From positions 17,856,001-17,920,000 of the forward strand of contig JBHGNT010000001.1 of the NCBI GenBank assembly GCA_043228905.1: a stretch of 64,000 bases of DNA, written 5' to 3'. The notes under the pieces were generated by a model. That model did no database searches, was not told the origin of the DNA, and saw nothing but the letters and a program-made list of their open reading frames with translations. Below are positions 38,971-50,760 of the stretch, one piece after another (the stretch's first letter is position 1; each line of letters opens with the position of its first letter). This DNA comes from Azolla caroliniana. Taxonomy: Eukaryota > Plantae > Polypodiophyta. Both the position numbers and the translations under genes were made by a program.

Positions 38971-41900
38971 AGAGGGCTGCCAAGGCGTGGGGCCGCGACA
39001 GTCCGGACACCCCGGGAAAACCCCACACCTGTACGATAAAACCGAAGAAACCTTGTACCATAGGTAGGGAATTTTTGTTCTCCGACAGCGGAGCGTGTAC
39101 GATAGTCGGCATCGGCGGCCGAGAGAAGACAAAGGCGGAGGGGAGACTTCGAGCGTGCGGAGTTCTCGGCCCTGACGAGGAAATCAACGGAGCCGTGGAG
39201 GCGGTCTCATTCGACGACACCTTGGGAATGCTGGGAAAGGTAGTCGAAGAAGGCCTTAACGAAGACCGGACGATACCGGTGTGTTCCGAGGAGATGTACG
39301 AAGTCATCGCGGACTTCGGTCGAGGGCTCGAGTCAGTTCGGACGGCCCACGTAAACACCAAGTACAAGACTGTGGACCGGAAGGTAAGGCCAGTAGCGGC
39401 ACCCTTACCGGAGGACAGCGCGTCGAGAATCAAAGGGGTTGCATCGGACCCTAGTCTACGAGATCCGGCCTGCATAGGGCACACCTTCACCGACGAGACG
39501 CTCCGAGAGCTCAAAATCGGTGGGGGCGGGTTCCTACTGCCGGCGGAGGAAGACCGGTTTCGGAGAATGCTCGGAAGGCACGGGAAAGCCTTCGCATTCT
39601 CGCCGGAGGAAATCGGGTGCGTTGACCCGACGATCGTGGAGCCGATGGTGATTTTCACGGTACCGCATGTACCATGGAATCTCAAGCCAATCCCGGTTCC
39701 GAGAGCTCACATCCCGAAGTTGATGGAGCTGCTGAGGCAGAAAGTTGATATGGGAATTCTCGAGCCGTCGAGCGCCCCATATTCGAATCGATGGTTTACC
39801 GTACCGAAGAAAAACGGTTCGTTGCGCTTCATCCAGGACCTGCAGCCGGTCAATCGAGTGACCATTCGGAACGCAGGGATCGGGCCGACCATAGACGAGT
39901 TCGCGGAGGCCTTCGCCGGAAGGTCAATTTACTCGGTCGGGGATCTATACTCAGGGTACGACCAGTTCCAGCTTGCCGTGGAGAGCAGAGACATTACGAC
40001 GATGCGAACTCCCCTCGGCCTAGTTCGGATGTGTACACTGCCGCAAGGAGGGACCAACTCGGTGGCCCACATGGTGAATGCGATGAACAAGGTTCTGAGG
40101 GACTGCATCCCGGACATCACCATGCCATTTCTGGACGACATCCCGATCAAGGGATGCCCGGTGGAAGAAAAGGACGAGACGATCGGGCCGGACGGATGCC
40201 GGCGATTCGTGGCGACGCACATCGACGACTGCGAGAAGGTACTGCAAAGGCTAGAGGATGCGAGACTCACCTTCTCCGGGGAGAAGTCGGCCTTCGGGCA
40301 GTCAGAAATCATGGTGGTCGGACACCTGTGCGGACCATATGGCCGGAAACCGTCTCCGGCAAAGGTAGAAGCCATCTCCGCGATGAAGCCCGACTGCAGC
40401 TCGGTCACGGAAGTACGGAGATTCCTGGGGGCATGCGCGTTCTATCACATATGGATCCCGCATTACGCACACGTCGCGGAGCCACTGTACGGGTTGCTGA
40501 AAAAGGGGCGAAGGTTCGAATGGCTAGACAAGCACGCGGAATCGGTCCGGAAGCTGAAAGAGGCCCTTGCAGCGGCACCGGCACTCCGGAAGGCGGTTTA
40601 CGGGAAGGGTACCCCGGTATTCATAACGGTGGATACCAGTCCGACCGGGATCGGATGGGTCGTGAACCAGGAAGACGAGGACGGCAATCGGTTTCCGATC
40701 CGATTCGGCGCGAAAGTCCTCAGTGAACGGCAGCGAGGGTACGCCCAGGTTAAACGCGAACTCTGGGGTATTGTTTCGGCGGTTAAGGCCGACAAAGACT
40801 ACCTGATAGGGACGGAAGTGATCATCGAGACGGATTGCCTGCCGATTCTCGGTATGGTTTCCGGATGCGCGACTCCGGACCTGGCGATGCTCAGGTGGAT
40901 AGCGTACATCAAGTCCCTGGACCCGGAAATACGACACATTTCCGGGAAAGACAACGCCATGGCCGACATGCTTTCGAGGGCGAGGTTCGACGACGAGGGC
41001 GGCATGGTTTCGGAAGACGAAGAAGTCGGCGTGGATTTCTTCGAGGCGGCATACATAACGACCGACGGGATGAGCACTCCGGCGCTTAACGAGTTCGACG
41101 CGAGCAAGTACGACGGGGAGTGGCTGCAGATCGGCGGGTTTTTGAAGACAATGACGCCCGATGCGTCATGGACGAAGGACGAGGCCAACCGGATCCGGAA
41201 GAAAGCATATCGATTCCTTCTCCGAGATGGGCATTTGTGGAAGCACCCGAAGAAGAGGAACGGCGTCCCGCTCCGGGTGGTGGCGATGAAGGAAGAACAG
41301 GAGGAGCTACTGGCGGCCTACCACGACAGCCCTTGGGCTGGACACCGTGGAACGTGGGCGACGTTTGAGAAGCTGAAGGGGAAGTACTGGTGGCCGGGAT
41401 TGTACCGGGACGTGCATCGGTTCGTGTCAACTTGCGAGAGTTGTCAGATGCACTCGATAGTCCGACACCGGGACGGGCTTCACCCTACGTACCCTCCGAC
41501 TATCCACTTCAAATGGATGGTAGATCTGGTGACGATGCCGATGGGGGTAGGACAGATGCGGTATCTGGTCCTAGCGCGGGAAGACCTGACGAACCAGGTG
41601 GAAGGCCGAGCCCTTCAGAACAAGACGACCGCGGCCGTGTGTCGGTTCCTAGTCGAGGACGTGATATGCCGGTACGGGTGCGTCGGGAAGATCGTGGCTG
41701 ACCGAGGGGAGTTGGACGCCGAAGAGGCCGCGGAGCTGTTCGACCGGCTTGGAGTCAAGCTCTCGCTCACCACTGCGTACAATCCGGAGGCGAATGGCAA
41801 GGTGGAGCGCGGACACGGACCGATCGTCAAGGCGTTGATTCGGGCATGCGGGGGCCGAGTCGGTAACTGGCCGCGGTTGCTACCTTATGCTTTGTGGGCA

Positions 41901-42458
41901 GACCGGACCACGCACAGTTCGGTAACCGGGTACATGCCGACGGAGCTCATGTTCGGCCAGAAGCCGATCATGCCGATTGAACGGACGATCTCCTCGTGGG
42001 CAACGGTCGACTGGAGGGACGAGATGAGCCGGGAGGAGTTGTTGGCCGCACGTATACGACAGCTCGAGCGGAGGCCGGAGGACGTGGCACTGGCTACGGA
42101 GAAGCTCCGGGTGGCGAGGACAAAGAACAAAGCCCGGTTCGACCGAACGCACCGGCTACGACCGAAGAAAATCGACGAAGGTGACTGGGTGCTCGTCTAC
42201 GACAGCAGCCTCGACAACCAGCACCGAGCAACGCGGAAGTTCGCACGGAGATGGTTCGGGCCGTACACGGTACAGAGCGCCAACGACAACGGGACGTATC
42301 ATCTGGCGGAACTCGACGGAACGAGAATAGCGATACCCGTGGCCGGGAAGAGGATCAAAGCTTTCAAGAAGCGGCACGACGACGAACCTGACCCGATTCT
42401 CCTGGATAGCAGCGACGACCGATCCGAGGCCGAGGAAGGGCCGGCAGGCGAAGAGTAA
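38955..42458 (+). CDS. pol: RT-RNase H-integrase in the -1 frame relative to gag-PR
   Basis: Frame open from 38955. DLYSGY..PQG..FLDD RT, VDTS RNase H, HHCC and DDE integrase, GPY motif, no chromodomain. Confidence 0.95.
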   Translation, partial: PRGFLERAAKAWGRDSPDTPGKPHTCTIKPKKPCTIGREFLFSDSGACTIVGIGGREKTKAEGRLRACGVLGPDEEINGAVEAVSFDDTLGMLGKVVEEGLNEDRTIPVCSEEMYEVIADFGRGLESVRTAHVNTKYKTVDRKVRPVAAPLPEDSASRIKGVASDPSLRDPACIGHTFTDETLRELKIGGGGFLLPAEEDRFRRMLGRHGKAFAFSPEEIGCVDPTIVEPMVIFTVPHVPWNLKPIPVPRAHIPKLMELLRQKVDMGILEPSSAPYSNRWFTVPKKNGSLRFIQDLQPVNRVTIRNAGIGPTIDEFAEAFAGRSIYSVGDLYSGYDQFQLAVESRDITTMRTPLGLVRMCTLPQGGTNSVAHMVNAMNKVLRDCIPDITMPFLDDIPIKGCPVEEKDETIGPDGCRRFVATHIDDCEKVLQRLEDARLTFSGEKSAFGQSEIMVVGHLCGPYGRKPSPAKVEAISAMKPDCSSVTEVRRFLGACAFYHIWIPHYAHVAEPLYGLLKKGRRFEWLDKHAESVRKLKEALAAAPALRKAVYGKGTPVFITVDTSPTGIGWVVNQEDEDGNRFPIRFGAKVLSERQRGYAQVKRELWGIVSAVKADKDYLIGTEVIIETDCLPILGMVSGCATPDLAMLRWIAYIKSLDPEIRHISGKDNAMADMLSRARFDDEGGMVSEDEEVGVDFFEAAYITTDGMSTPALNEFDASKYDGEWLQIGGFLKTMTPDASWTKDEANRIRKKAYRFLLRDGHLWKHPKKRNGVPLRVVAMKEEQEELLAAYHDSPWAGHRGTWATFEKLKGKYWWPGLYRDVHRFVSTCESCQMHSIVRHRDGLHPTYPPTIHFKWMVDLVTMPMGVGQMRYLVLAREDLTNQVEGRALQNKTTAAVCRFLVEDVICRYGCVGKIVADRGELDAEEAAELFDRLGVKLSLTTAYNPEANGKVERGHGPIVKALIRACGGRVGNWPRLLPYALWADRTTHSSVTGYMPTELMFGQKPIMPIERTISSWATVDWRDEMSREELLAARIRQLERRPEDVALATEKLRVARTKNKARFDRTHRLRPKKIDEGDWVLVYDSSLDNQHRATRKFARRWFGPYTVQSANDNGTYHLAELDGTRIAIPVAGKRIKAFKKRHDDEPDPILLDSSDDRSEAEEGPAGEE
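38961..39026 (+). promoter_or_regulatory. Putative -1 ribosomal frameshift signal (G GAU UUU plus pseudoknot)
   Basis: Also present in gypsy A at 22527-22590 (minus) with a different stem sequence. Confidence 0.78.
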
Positions 42459-45226
42459 AGGCGGGCCGGTTTTCTCCGTGCCAACTCAATTTGGCGCATG
42501 CCGGCGGATGCGCGGTTAGGTGGGGGCGGATGTCGTGAAGAAAACCGCCCACAAGAGGAATCGGAGGAACAAGGCGTGGGAAACGGCTCTACACACACAC
42601 GCGCGCCAAGAAGTACCTAAGGACGAAGTAGGTACATACGAGGATCCTAGGTGGGCAGATTCGGTTGGTATGCAGTTAATGCCAAACGGCCTCTTGACGG
42701 GCTATAAAAGGAAGAGGAAGAATAGAAGTCGGACATCTCCCGCGGAGAGGACGAAGTGCTGCCGAACCGATTTCGGAGCCTCTCTCTCACTCCAGCTCTC
42801 TCTGTCTTCTGCTCCATCGCGTACCTGTGCAGGTTTCGAGGAGGCTTGCGCTGTTCCGTGGAACGCCCCGAGTGCGTCCTGCAGCACCTCCGACCTGTTT
42901 TCCCTTTCTGTGCGTCGCGACATACAGGGGTCGGCAGCTGTTCGCCGCCCTGTTCGTTTTCGTTAGTATCTATTTTGTGCCCCACCGTGGGTTGTAATAC
43001 TTTAGTCTGTTATTTTCTTGCGTTCATAAGCACATATCTCTCGTTGTTGCGTCCATCTGCGTCGGCGTCTATTTGTGATCTCTGTTTGTTGGGCCGTGTC
43101 CCTGTGCAATCGTCGGTTCTGCGCAATCGGATCTTCGGTTCTGTGTAATCGGGTCTCTCTCTCTTACTCCTCTCTCTCTTGCTCTTCGGTTCGAGACCCC
43201 CGTGGTCCCTCCTCCTTTCTACACGCAAGGGCGTAGCAACCCCGACAACGGGCTGGCTAAACTGATGAACCAGACCATAATGGAGAGAGTCAGAGCTTGC
43301 ACATGCAAAGTTACCGAAGACGTTTTGGGCTGAGGTGCTGACGACGGTAACGTATGTGATAAACAGATCACCCTCATCACCCTTGGAAGGAGACTCACAG
43401 CAAAAAGTATGGACTGGTAAAGATGTATCCTACCAGCATTTAAGGTGTTTGGATGTCTCGCTTACGTGCATGTGGCGAAGGACAAGAGAACAAAGCTAGA
43501 TCCAAAATCCCGACCATGCATATTCCTTGGATACGGCAATGATGAGTTCGGTTACCGGGTGTGGGATCTGGTCTACAAGAAGGTATTCCGGAGTTGGGAC
43601 ATAGTCTTCATGGAAGACGAGACCATTGCCGACTGGGAGTCAAAGAAGGAGGTGAGGAACTCCGGATCATCCAATGAAACCCGGCTTGAGGAAACAAGGA
43701 TATACCTGGTTGAAAACCGGATGTTAAGATGGCATTCCTACATGGTGACCTCAAAGAAGAAATCTACATGCATCAACCGGAAGGATTTGAGAAGAAAGGG
43801 AAGGAGCATTTGGTGTGCTGGCTGAAGAAGAGCCTATACGAACTGAAGCAAGCTCCCCAGCAATGGTATCAGAAGTTTGACTCCTTCATGACCGACCAAG
43901 GGTACCACAAAATGCAAGCCAATCACTCGTGTTTGTGAAGAAATTTGACAGAGGAGATTTCCTGATACTTCTCCTATATGTGAATGATATGTTGATCGTC
44001 GGACGAGACCAAAGCAAGATTCAAATGCTGAAGAAGGCTCTAAACCGGACCTTCTCAATCAAAGACTTGGGTCCAGCAAGACAGATATTGGGAATACACA
44101 TCATCCGGGACCGGTCGAAGAAGTTGTTCTGGTTATCACAAGAGAAGTATGTGACAAAGGTTCTTCAACGGTTCAACATGTCAGAGGCAAAACCTGTCGG
44201 ATCGACACTTCCGGCAAACTGCAAGGTATCCAAAAAACAAAGCCCGAGGACAAAGGCGGAGAAGACGGATATGATGAAGATACCATATGCCTCTACCGTT
44301 GGAAGCTTGATGTACGCGATGGTATGTACCCGACCGGATATCAGATATGCAGTCAGAGTGGTGAGCCGGTTCATGAGAAATCCCGGAAAAGAACACTGGA
44401 ACGCGGTCAAGTGGATACTCCGGTATCTGAAAGGCACCTTGAGTATGTGCCTCCGGTTTGGCTCCAGTAATCCCCAACTTGACGGATTCACGGATTCGGA
44501 TATGTCGGCTGATGTGGATACTAGCCAGTCTACATCCGGATATGTCATGACTTATGCAGGGGGACTTGTATCGTGGCAGTCAAGGCTGCATAAGATGGTT
44601 GCGTTGTCAACCACAGAGGCGGATTACATGGCAGTTGTAGAAGCCGGCAAGGAGATAATCTGGATGAAGGACTTCATTAGAGAGCTAAGGATCCAACAAG
44701 AGGAATACCGACTCTAATGCGATAGTCAAAGTGCCATCCACCTTGTAAAGAACACAACCTACCATTCCCAGACGAAACATATCCAGTAGAGGTACCATTG
44801 AATATGGGAGAGAGTAGAAGATCAAGAGTTCGTGCTGAGGAAGATCCACATAGAAGAGAACGGGTCGGATATGTTGACCAAGGTGTAGACAACCGACAAG
44901 CTGGACTCATGCCGAAAGCGGATCGGGCTGACAAGACATCCTATGCCGGAGTGAAGGAGGAGATTGTTGGGAAATTGGTCCCTCTGGATGGGACCCAGTT
45001 ATGAATGAAGAGGACCCGGTGAGAACCGGAAGAGATCCGGAAACCGGATCGGATGGACTCAGTGAGAACAAGAAGAGAAGACATATTTGTAAATATGTTT
45101 TGAGTAAGCCCCTTGAGGCTATATTTGTAAATAGCCCTAAGTTCATATAAGTATAAATATGACTTAGGGCAATCACTTTTTGTGGTGTGGAGTGGTTGCC
45201 ATATTGCTGTTGAGTGATAACTGTTG

Positions 45227-45263
<37 letters not shown>

Positions 45264-47199
45264 GATTTATACTGTGTTGTAACCGCCAGTTGGTGAAGAT
45301 ACAGAGCACGAGGTCGTTCCCTCCGAGTCTCTGAGTGTATCTTTCCTATATATAGTGATAGCTTGGAGCCTGTGGGCTCCCGTGGTTTTTCCCATTAGGG
45401 TTTTCCACGTAAATATTCTGTGTACTCTCTACTTCCCATTTCTATGTTTCATTCCCATTTCTATGTTTGATTTCCATCCAAGTGATTCAAGACTCAGTTG
45501 TGGCCGAGAAATATTCCCCGCTTTTCTTTACATGGACTACTTGAGCCAGTTAGAATACGGAGAGGCAAGTGACGGAGTTTGGGATGAGTTCCCAGATGCA
45601 GAGCTATTCAAAGTCACCGCGGATGAGACAGTGTCCGACGAGGATATATTTCTTACCAACATGCATCAGTTCCTGAGTACTCCATTGCCTCCGGAAGAGC
45701 TAAGTCGGGACGAACGGAAACGGTTGGCAGTCCAGAGCCGGTATTTTTGTTTGATACAAGATAAACTCTATCATAAGGGAGCGGACAGAATCTAGTGGCG
45801 CGCGGTAATGAGTGACGAGAAGGAAGTGGTTTTATGAGAGGCCCATTGGAGCGTTGTCGAAGGCCACTATGCTGGAGACTCCACTACCAGGAAGATTTGG
45901 AGAAATGGTCTATGGTGGCCAACAAACCTGAAAGAATTGATCCGGTATTGTAAAGAATGCAATGTTTGCCAAAGGATGGGTGAACCCACAAAACAAGCGC
46001 GGATGCCCCATCAACCCGTATTGCCACTTGAACCTTTTTAGAAATGGGGATTGGACTTCGTAGGGCCATTCAAGCCTTCGGCAATGCATACGGGAAACCG
46101 GTATGTCATCGTCACAATTGACTATTGCACAAAATGGGTAGAAGCTAAAACGCTTAGGGACAACACCGCGGCATCGACGAAGAAATTTTTATATGAACAC
46201 ATATGGTGCCGGTACGGATGCCCTATTGAGCTCATCAACGACCAAGGCAATCACTTCCTAGGCCAATTTGTGGAAAGCTTGACGTCGTTCTATGTGGTAA
46301 TGCATAAACGCAACACAGCTTACTATATGTAGGCGAACGGATTGGTGGAGTCCACAAAAAAAATGCCTCAAAATATTCTCTGGAAGATCGTCAATGACAA
46401 CCAGACAGACTGGGACACTAAACTACACACCGTGTTATGGCCATACCAGACGGCTTACAAAACAAGTATCCAGACGACACCGTTTCGATTGGCGTTCCGA
46501 TTAGAGGCAGTCATCCCTATAGAATTTCAAATTCCCAGCTTACGGATACAGGTCCGAGAATGGTTATCTGTGTCTATAACTATGTCCTATTTGGTTATCT
46601 GTTAAGTCATCGATCCGAACTGTCGATCTGACTCTGACTCTGACTCCGAACATCCTTCCGACTCCGACGTATCTATACTTGTCCGGGTAACATCAATTAG
46701 GCACGCTAGTTGGCCAAAGTGGGTGAACGGTTTCCGGTTAAAACCATACCGAGGACTGATGCTGAAGAACCCGTTCAAACAACCGAAGACCGGCATGAAG
46801 GGAATAACCAAGGAACCTGCACCGACAACGGAGCTGGTACCTTCAGGTATGAAGGACAAGGAGTCTAGTATGAAAAAAAAAAATGATATGATTCGATATG
46901 ATGAACAATCACTACGAAAAGGCATGGCATCAACTATTTAAAGCGCACCACGCGACGTAGTCATACTATTATGGTACACGACATGCATTCGCAGGAATCA
47001 AGAAAAGGCAACTGAAATAATGGGGCTACAAAACTTCCAGATGACCAAAAGCCTATCATTTCGGGAAAGAAGACTTTTGAGAACGTAGTAGAGCACAGGC
47101 TTCCAGAAAAGCACAGGCAATCAATCAACCTCAAGCACATCCCCACAGCAGTGCAATCGACGAAGATGACACAGAACCCATGGCACTCTCGACCGCGAC

Positions 47200-50100
47200 A
47201 AGGGACTGACTTACCAAACACGGATGGGAAGGCTTCCTCTGGGTAGTGGATGTGCCACCATACGAAGAATTGGAGAAGGCCACTTACATAATAGACCTCG
47301 ACGAAATATCCGAAGGCACGGTGCAAGCCCTAGTAGGATTTCCTGCTAGAGGACTGTACTCTATAGAAAACCCCTCGACAGAGATGTTGATAGAATACTT
47401 TGGGGAGTATTCACTCGCTAGCAAAGCATATCACACACAAGGTGGTGAGGATCCCCTGTTCAAGGAGGTGACTTGTATGTTGTTAGAATAGGGGTTTGTA
47501 CACCCTCACCCACTAGCCATGCTGAACAACAGAGCCGGTTTTATCATCGCCGCATTTGAAGGCATCAAAGTGGATTGGCCAGTAATCATGGCGGATGGGT
47601 TGAGGGTAGGCATCCTGTCAGTCGTAGAGGTCAAGAAGGCCTTATGCAAGTTAGCAAAGTGGCTAACCCTATTAGTACCCCCAATACGTGCCATCAAGCC
47701 GAAGAAATAGGCCCGGCCGAAAACCACACCGAATAAGGCATCCAAACGGCAGCAAATCCTGGATGGACAGGGAATCATCTGAATGGGAAGAAATACAGAC
47801 GACCAAGAAACAAGAACCGATGGAGTCCACTCCCGAAAAAACGGTCAAACCAATTAAAATCAAGTTGCGCCAACAATACAGGGACATGGACAAGTTGGTT
47901 TGGAGGGTGAACACAGGAACCACGGAGGAAGAGGCGGAAGAAGAACCAGCCGAAACCCTCCAGCGTCAACCAAGGAAGCGTGACATGGAGAAGCAGGGGG
48001 AAGAATCGGGGCCGACGTAAGACAGTACCCCGAAGACCTGTTTAGTAGTGGTAGAACCCAGAACGGAGGAAGAGCCGGGAAAAAGACCAGAAGTAGTGAT
48101 AGAGGTTCTGCAGGAACCGATTACACAAAGTCGGACCTCACCGGGTCTTCAAGAGGAGCAACACGAGGAATGTCGTCCGGAGCGGACACTGGAACCACCG
48201 CCCCAATAGCTCAGGGAGGAGCATGAACTGAGACCGGAGCCCATGTAGTAGCTTGTTGCCCTAACACAACACGAAACATGTCGCCAATGGTTTAAATGGC
48301 TTGAAGAGCAGGTAGCCAGGGTGGCCGACCGAATAGAGGATGAATAGAGGCAAGACGGAAGTTAGGCGGAACAGTTGCTAGCCACAACCGAAGAATTAGA
48401 GAAGGACATGGCACAGATCCAAAGCCTTGAAGAAGAGTTAAAAAGGGCCAAGGAATACATAGCCATCATGGCCAACATGAGCCAAACTACAAGTGCAGTA
48501 ATGGAGTCGGTGCTACCGACTAATCTACAGAAAGAAAATCCGGAAACGGAGGCACAACTAGTGGGGAGTACAACCTCGAAGAAAGATGTTGAGCAAGAAA
48601 AGGAAATGTTAACCTTAAGGGAAGCGCTCACCACTCAGGAAGCATTGTGGGAAAGAGAGAGAGTGCAAAAGTAGACAGCCAAAGAGGAGAAGTGGAGACT
48701 AGAAGAGAATCTTCGGAAAAGTCACGCAAATAACAACAGGTTGAAGGAGGAAAGAGAAACATTATTGTAGGAAAAGGATAACCTCCGAAGAATGGCAGAA
48801 ACGGAAATAGAGTGGCTTAAGGAAGAAATCTGGCACGCTCTCAAATCAACCAACGCCTTAAGCAGAAAACAAAGGATTTTGAAAAATTGCACCGAGACCA
48901 CAAGCAGCTAGACACCGAACACAAGAAGCTTGGGTTGGAATTTGATTGACAACAAGAAATGATGAAAGCAATTCAGACGAAACTGGCCAAGTTAACGGAG
49001 GAGTTGGCGCATGGTTGTTTACGTACCCATATTTAACGTTTAAATACGTATAGTACCTCATAATTTGAATAGTACGTACTATACCTCAGTGTTGTTCAGT
49101 CAAATATCATGTACATTTGGCCAATACGGTATTTAACATACATTTGAAAAAACAGGTATAATAAGTATTTATAGAAAGCAAAAAGCAAAAGGAAAAAAAG
49201 ATTTTAGTGAAAATGAAGCAAAAAGAAGGAAGAAAGAAGAACAAAAGAGATGATGACGACAACGAAGAAGAAGAAGAAGAGAGAAACTTGTCTTGACTCT
49301 AAATGTGATAATCACAGAAGATAAAAGAAGAAGAAGATGATGATGTAGAGAGAAAAGAAGATAAAAACCTATCCTGAGTGTGATAATCATAGACGATTCC
49401 TCAATCTATGAAGGCATAATCATAAATAATTACAATTTCAAGTAGAACATCGTGATACACACTTACACTGATTTATAAAATAAATGAATGTCCATATCCA
49501 TATTATAAGTATTTTAGGATGTGCAATGTTCAAATCCCTTATATGCATTTTAGGATGTAGAACTCTAATGTACATCACAAAATTGTGTAAACATAGATGC
49601 TTTTTACAATATTACAAATATTTTTTAGAAAGGTAAATAATTTTAAAATTCACGAAGTATTTAACGTACTATATGTAAAATACATATTTAACATATTAAA
49701 AAACGTATTGAACATATTTTAAAATTGGGAGGTACCATACACATATTAATACGTTAAATACGTATGGTATCCGTACTGTATCTAACATACCTAACAACCT
49801 TGAGTTGGCAAAGGAACACACCCAAGCGGTTGGTACGGCAAAGGCACTAGTGGAAGCGGTGAAGGAAAGAATGGAGTTGAACTGGAGATATTATGAAGAA
49901 ACGGAATGGGCAAAAATGGCCTTGGATAGGGTTCAAACCACCTACCAAACCCAATTGTTGAACTATGAAGTGTAGACTGAGGCTACTGCTGCTCTCATCA
50001 AGAAAATGAAGGACGAAAAGAAGGTTGTCGAGGACCGTATCAAGCTTGGTATGGAACGCATACGGATGATAGTCACGGCATGGAAGTAACGGACAAAGGC

Positions 50101-50760
50101 AAACATCAACGACTGCTCAATGATAGTGGGGACACAATGGTCATAGGAAGCAACAGAATTACAGGTGCTCCGAGCAGATGTAGAGAACTAAAGAAAAACC
50201 GGGGACAATTTCTACAAGTTGGACGAATAAAGTATAGTTACCATCCAGGAGGAATTGTCGGACGACTTCTTCCCCTTGGCTAAATCCCACCTGGAAGCTG
50301 TCCAAAGGATGATGGAAAGGCTTGAGGATGATAAGCTTGGAACGCAACTTTAGTTTGAGCGATATGAATGGGAGCACCGGCGGTTGGAAGCCGAAAAACG
50401 GAAAGTGGCAATAAATATAATTGATGAGGAGCATACTGTGGAACCAAAACCCCAGCAGGAGGGGCTATTGAATGAAGTCAAAAGGAAACAACCATAGGAA
50501 GCCGGTGTGGAGCAGAACAAAGTGGTCGTGTCGGAGCAACAAGTAGGTACCGAAAAGAGTGTGAATGCCTAAACTAATGCTAGAACAGAGATGTCTCCGC
50601 CGAAGGAAGCTAGAGGGCAGCAACGGGCGTAGCAGGAGCAACAACAATAGAATGAAGAACCACCTGAAACCTTGTATGAGAGCATATTGGACATACTTGA
50701 CGAAGATTGACGGGGTTGAAGCGTGGGTTCGATATACAATGTACTGTCCCACGGGTGTGC
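47200..50760 (+). pseudogene. Decayed long 3' extra ORF of gypsy F (globular N-terminus plus coiled coil)
   Basis: Same-strand ORF pieces (47246-47710, 48375-48674 and others) between integrase and PPT. Confidence 0.65.
49010..49802 (-). mobile_element. Non-autonomous hAT-type TIR element (793 bp)
   Basis: TIRs CATGGTTGTT / AACAACCTTG. 8-bp TSD AGTTGGCG/AGTTGGCA. AT-rich, non-coding. Confidence 0.88.

Larger units (their letters stand above)
36084..43247 (+). mobile_element. Intact, very young Trp-primed Ty3/gypsy element (B)
   Basis: 717-bp LTRs 36084-36800 and 42531-43247 (one mismatch noticed). 4-bp TSD ACGG. PBS TGGTGAACCCGACGTGAA at 36804. PPT GGTGGGGGCGGA. Confidence 0.98.
33980..45532 (+). 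mobile_element. Decayed copia (Copia-3) interrupted by gypsy B
   Basis: 5' LTR 33980-~34385 truncated (PBS deleted). 3' LTR 44965-45532. TSD CGGAC/TGGAC. Broken gag-pol. Confidence 0.92.

Noticed and set aside
46569-46691. Short foreign segment ending TAACA that replaces part of the integrase C-terminus
   Set aside because: Possibly an LTR fragment, but no TSD or second copy is present, so it cannot be classified.
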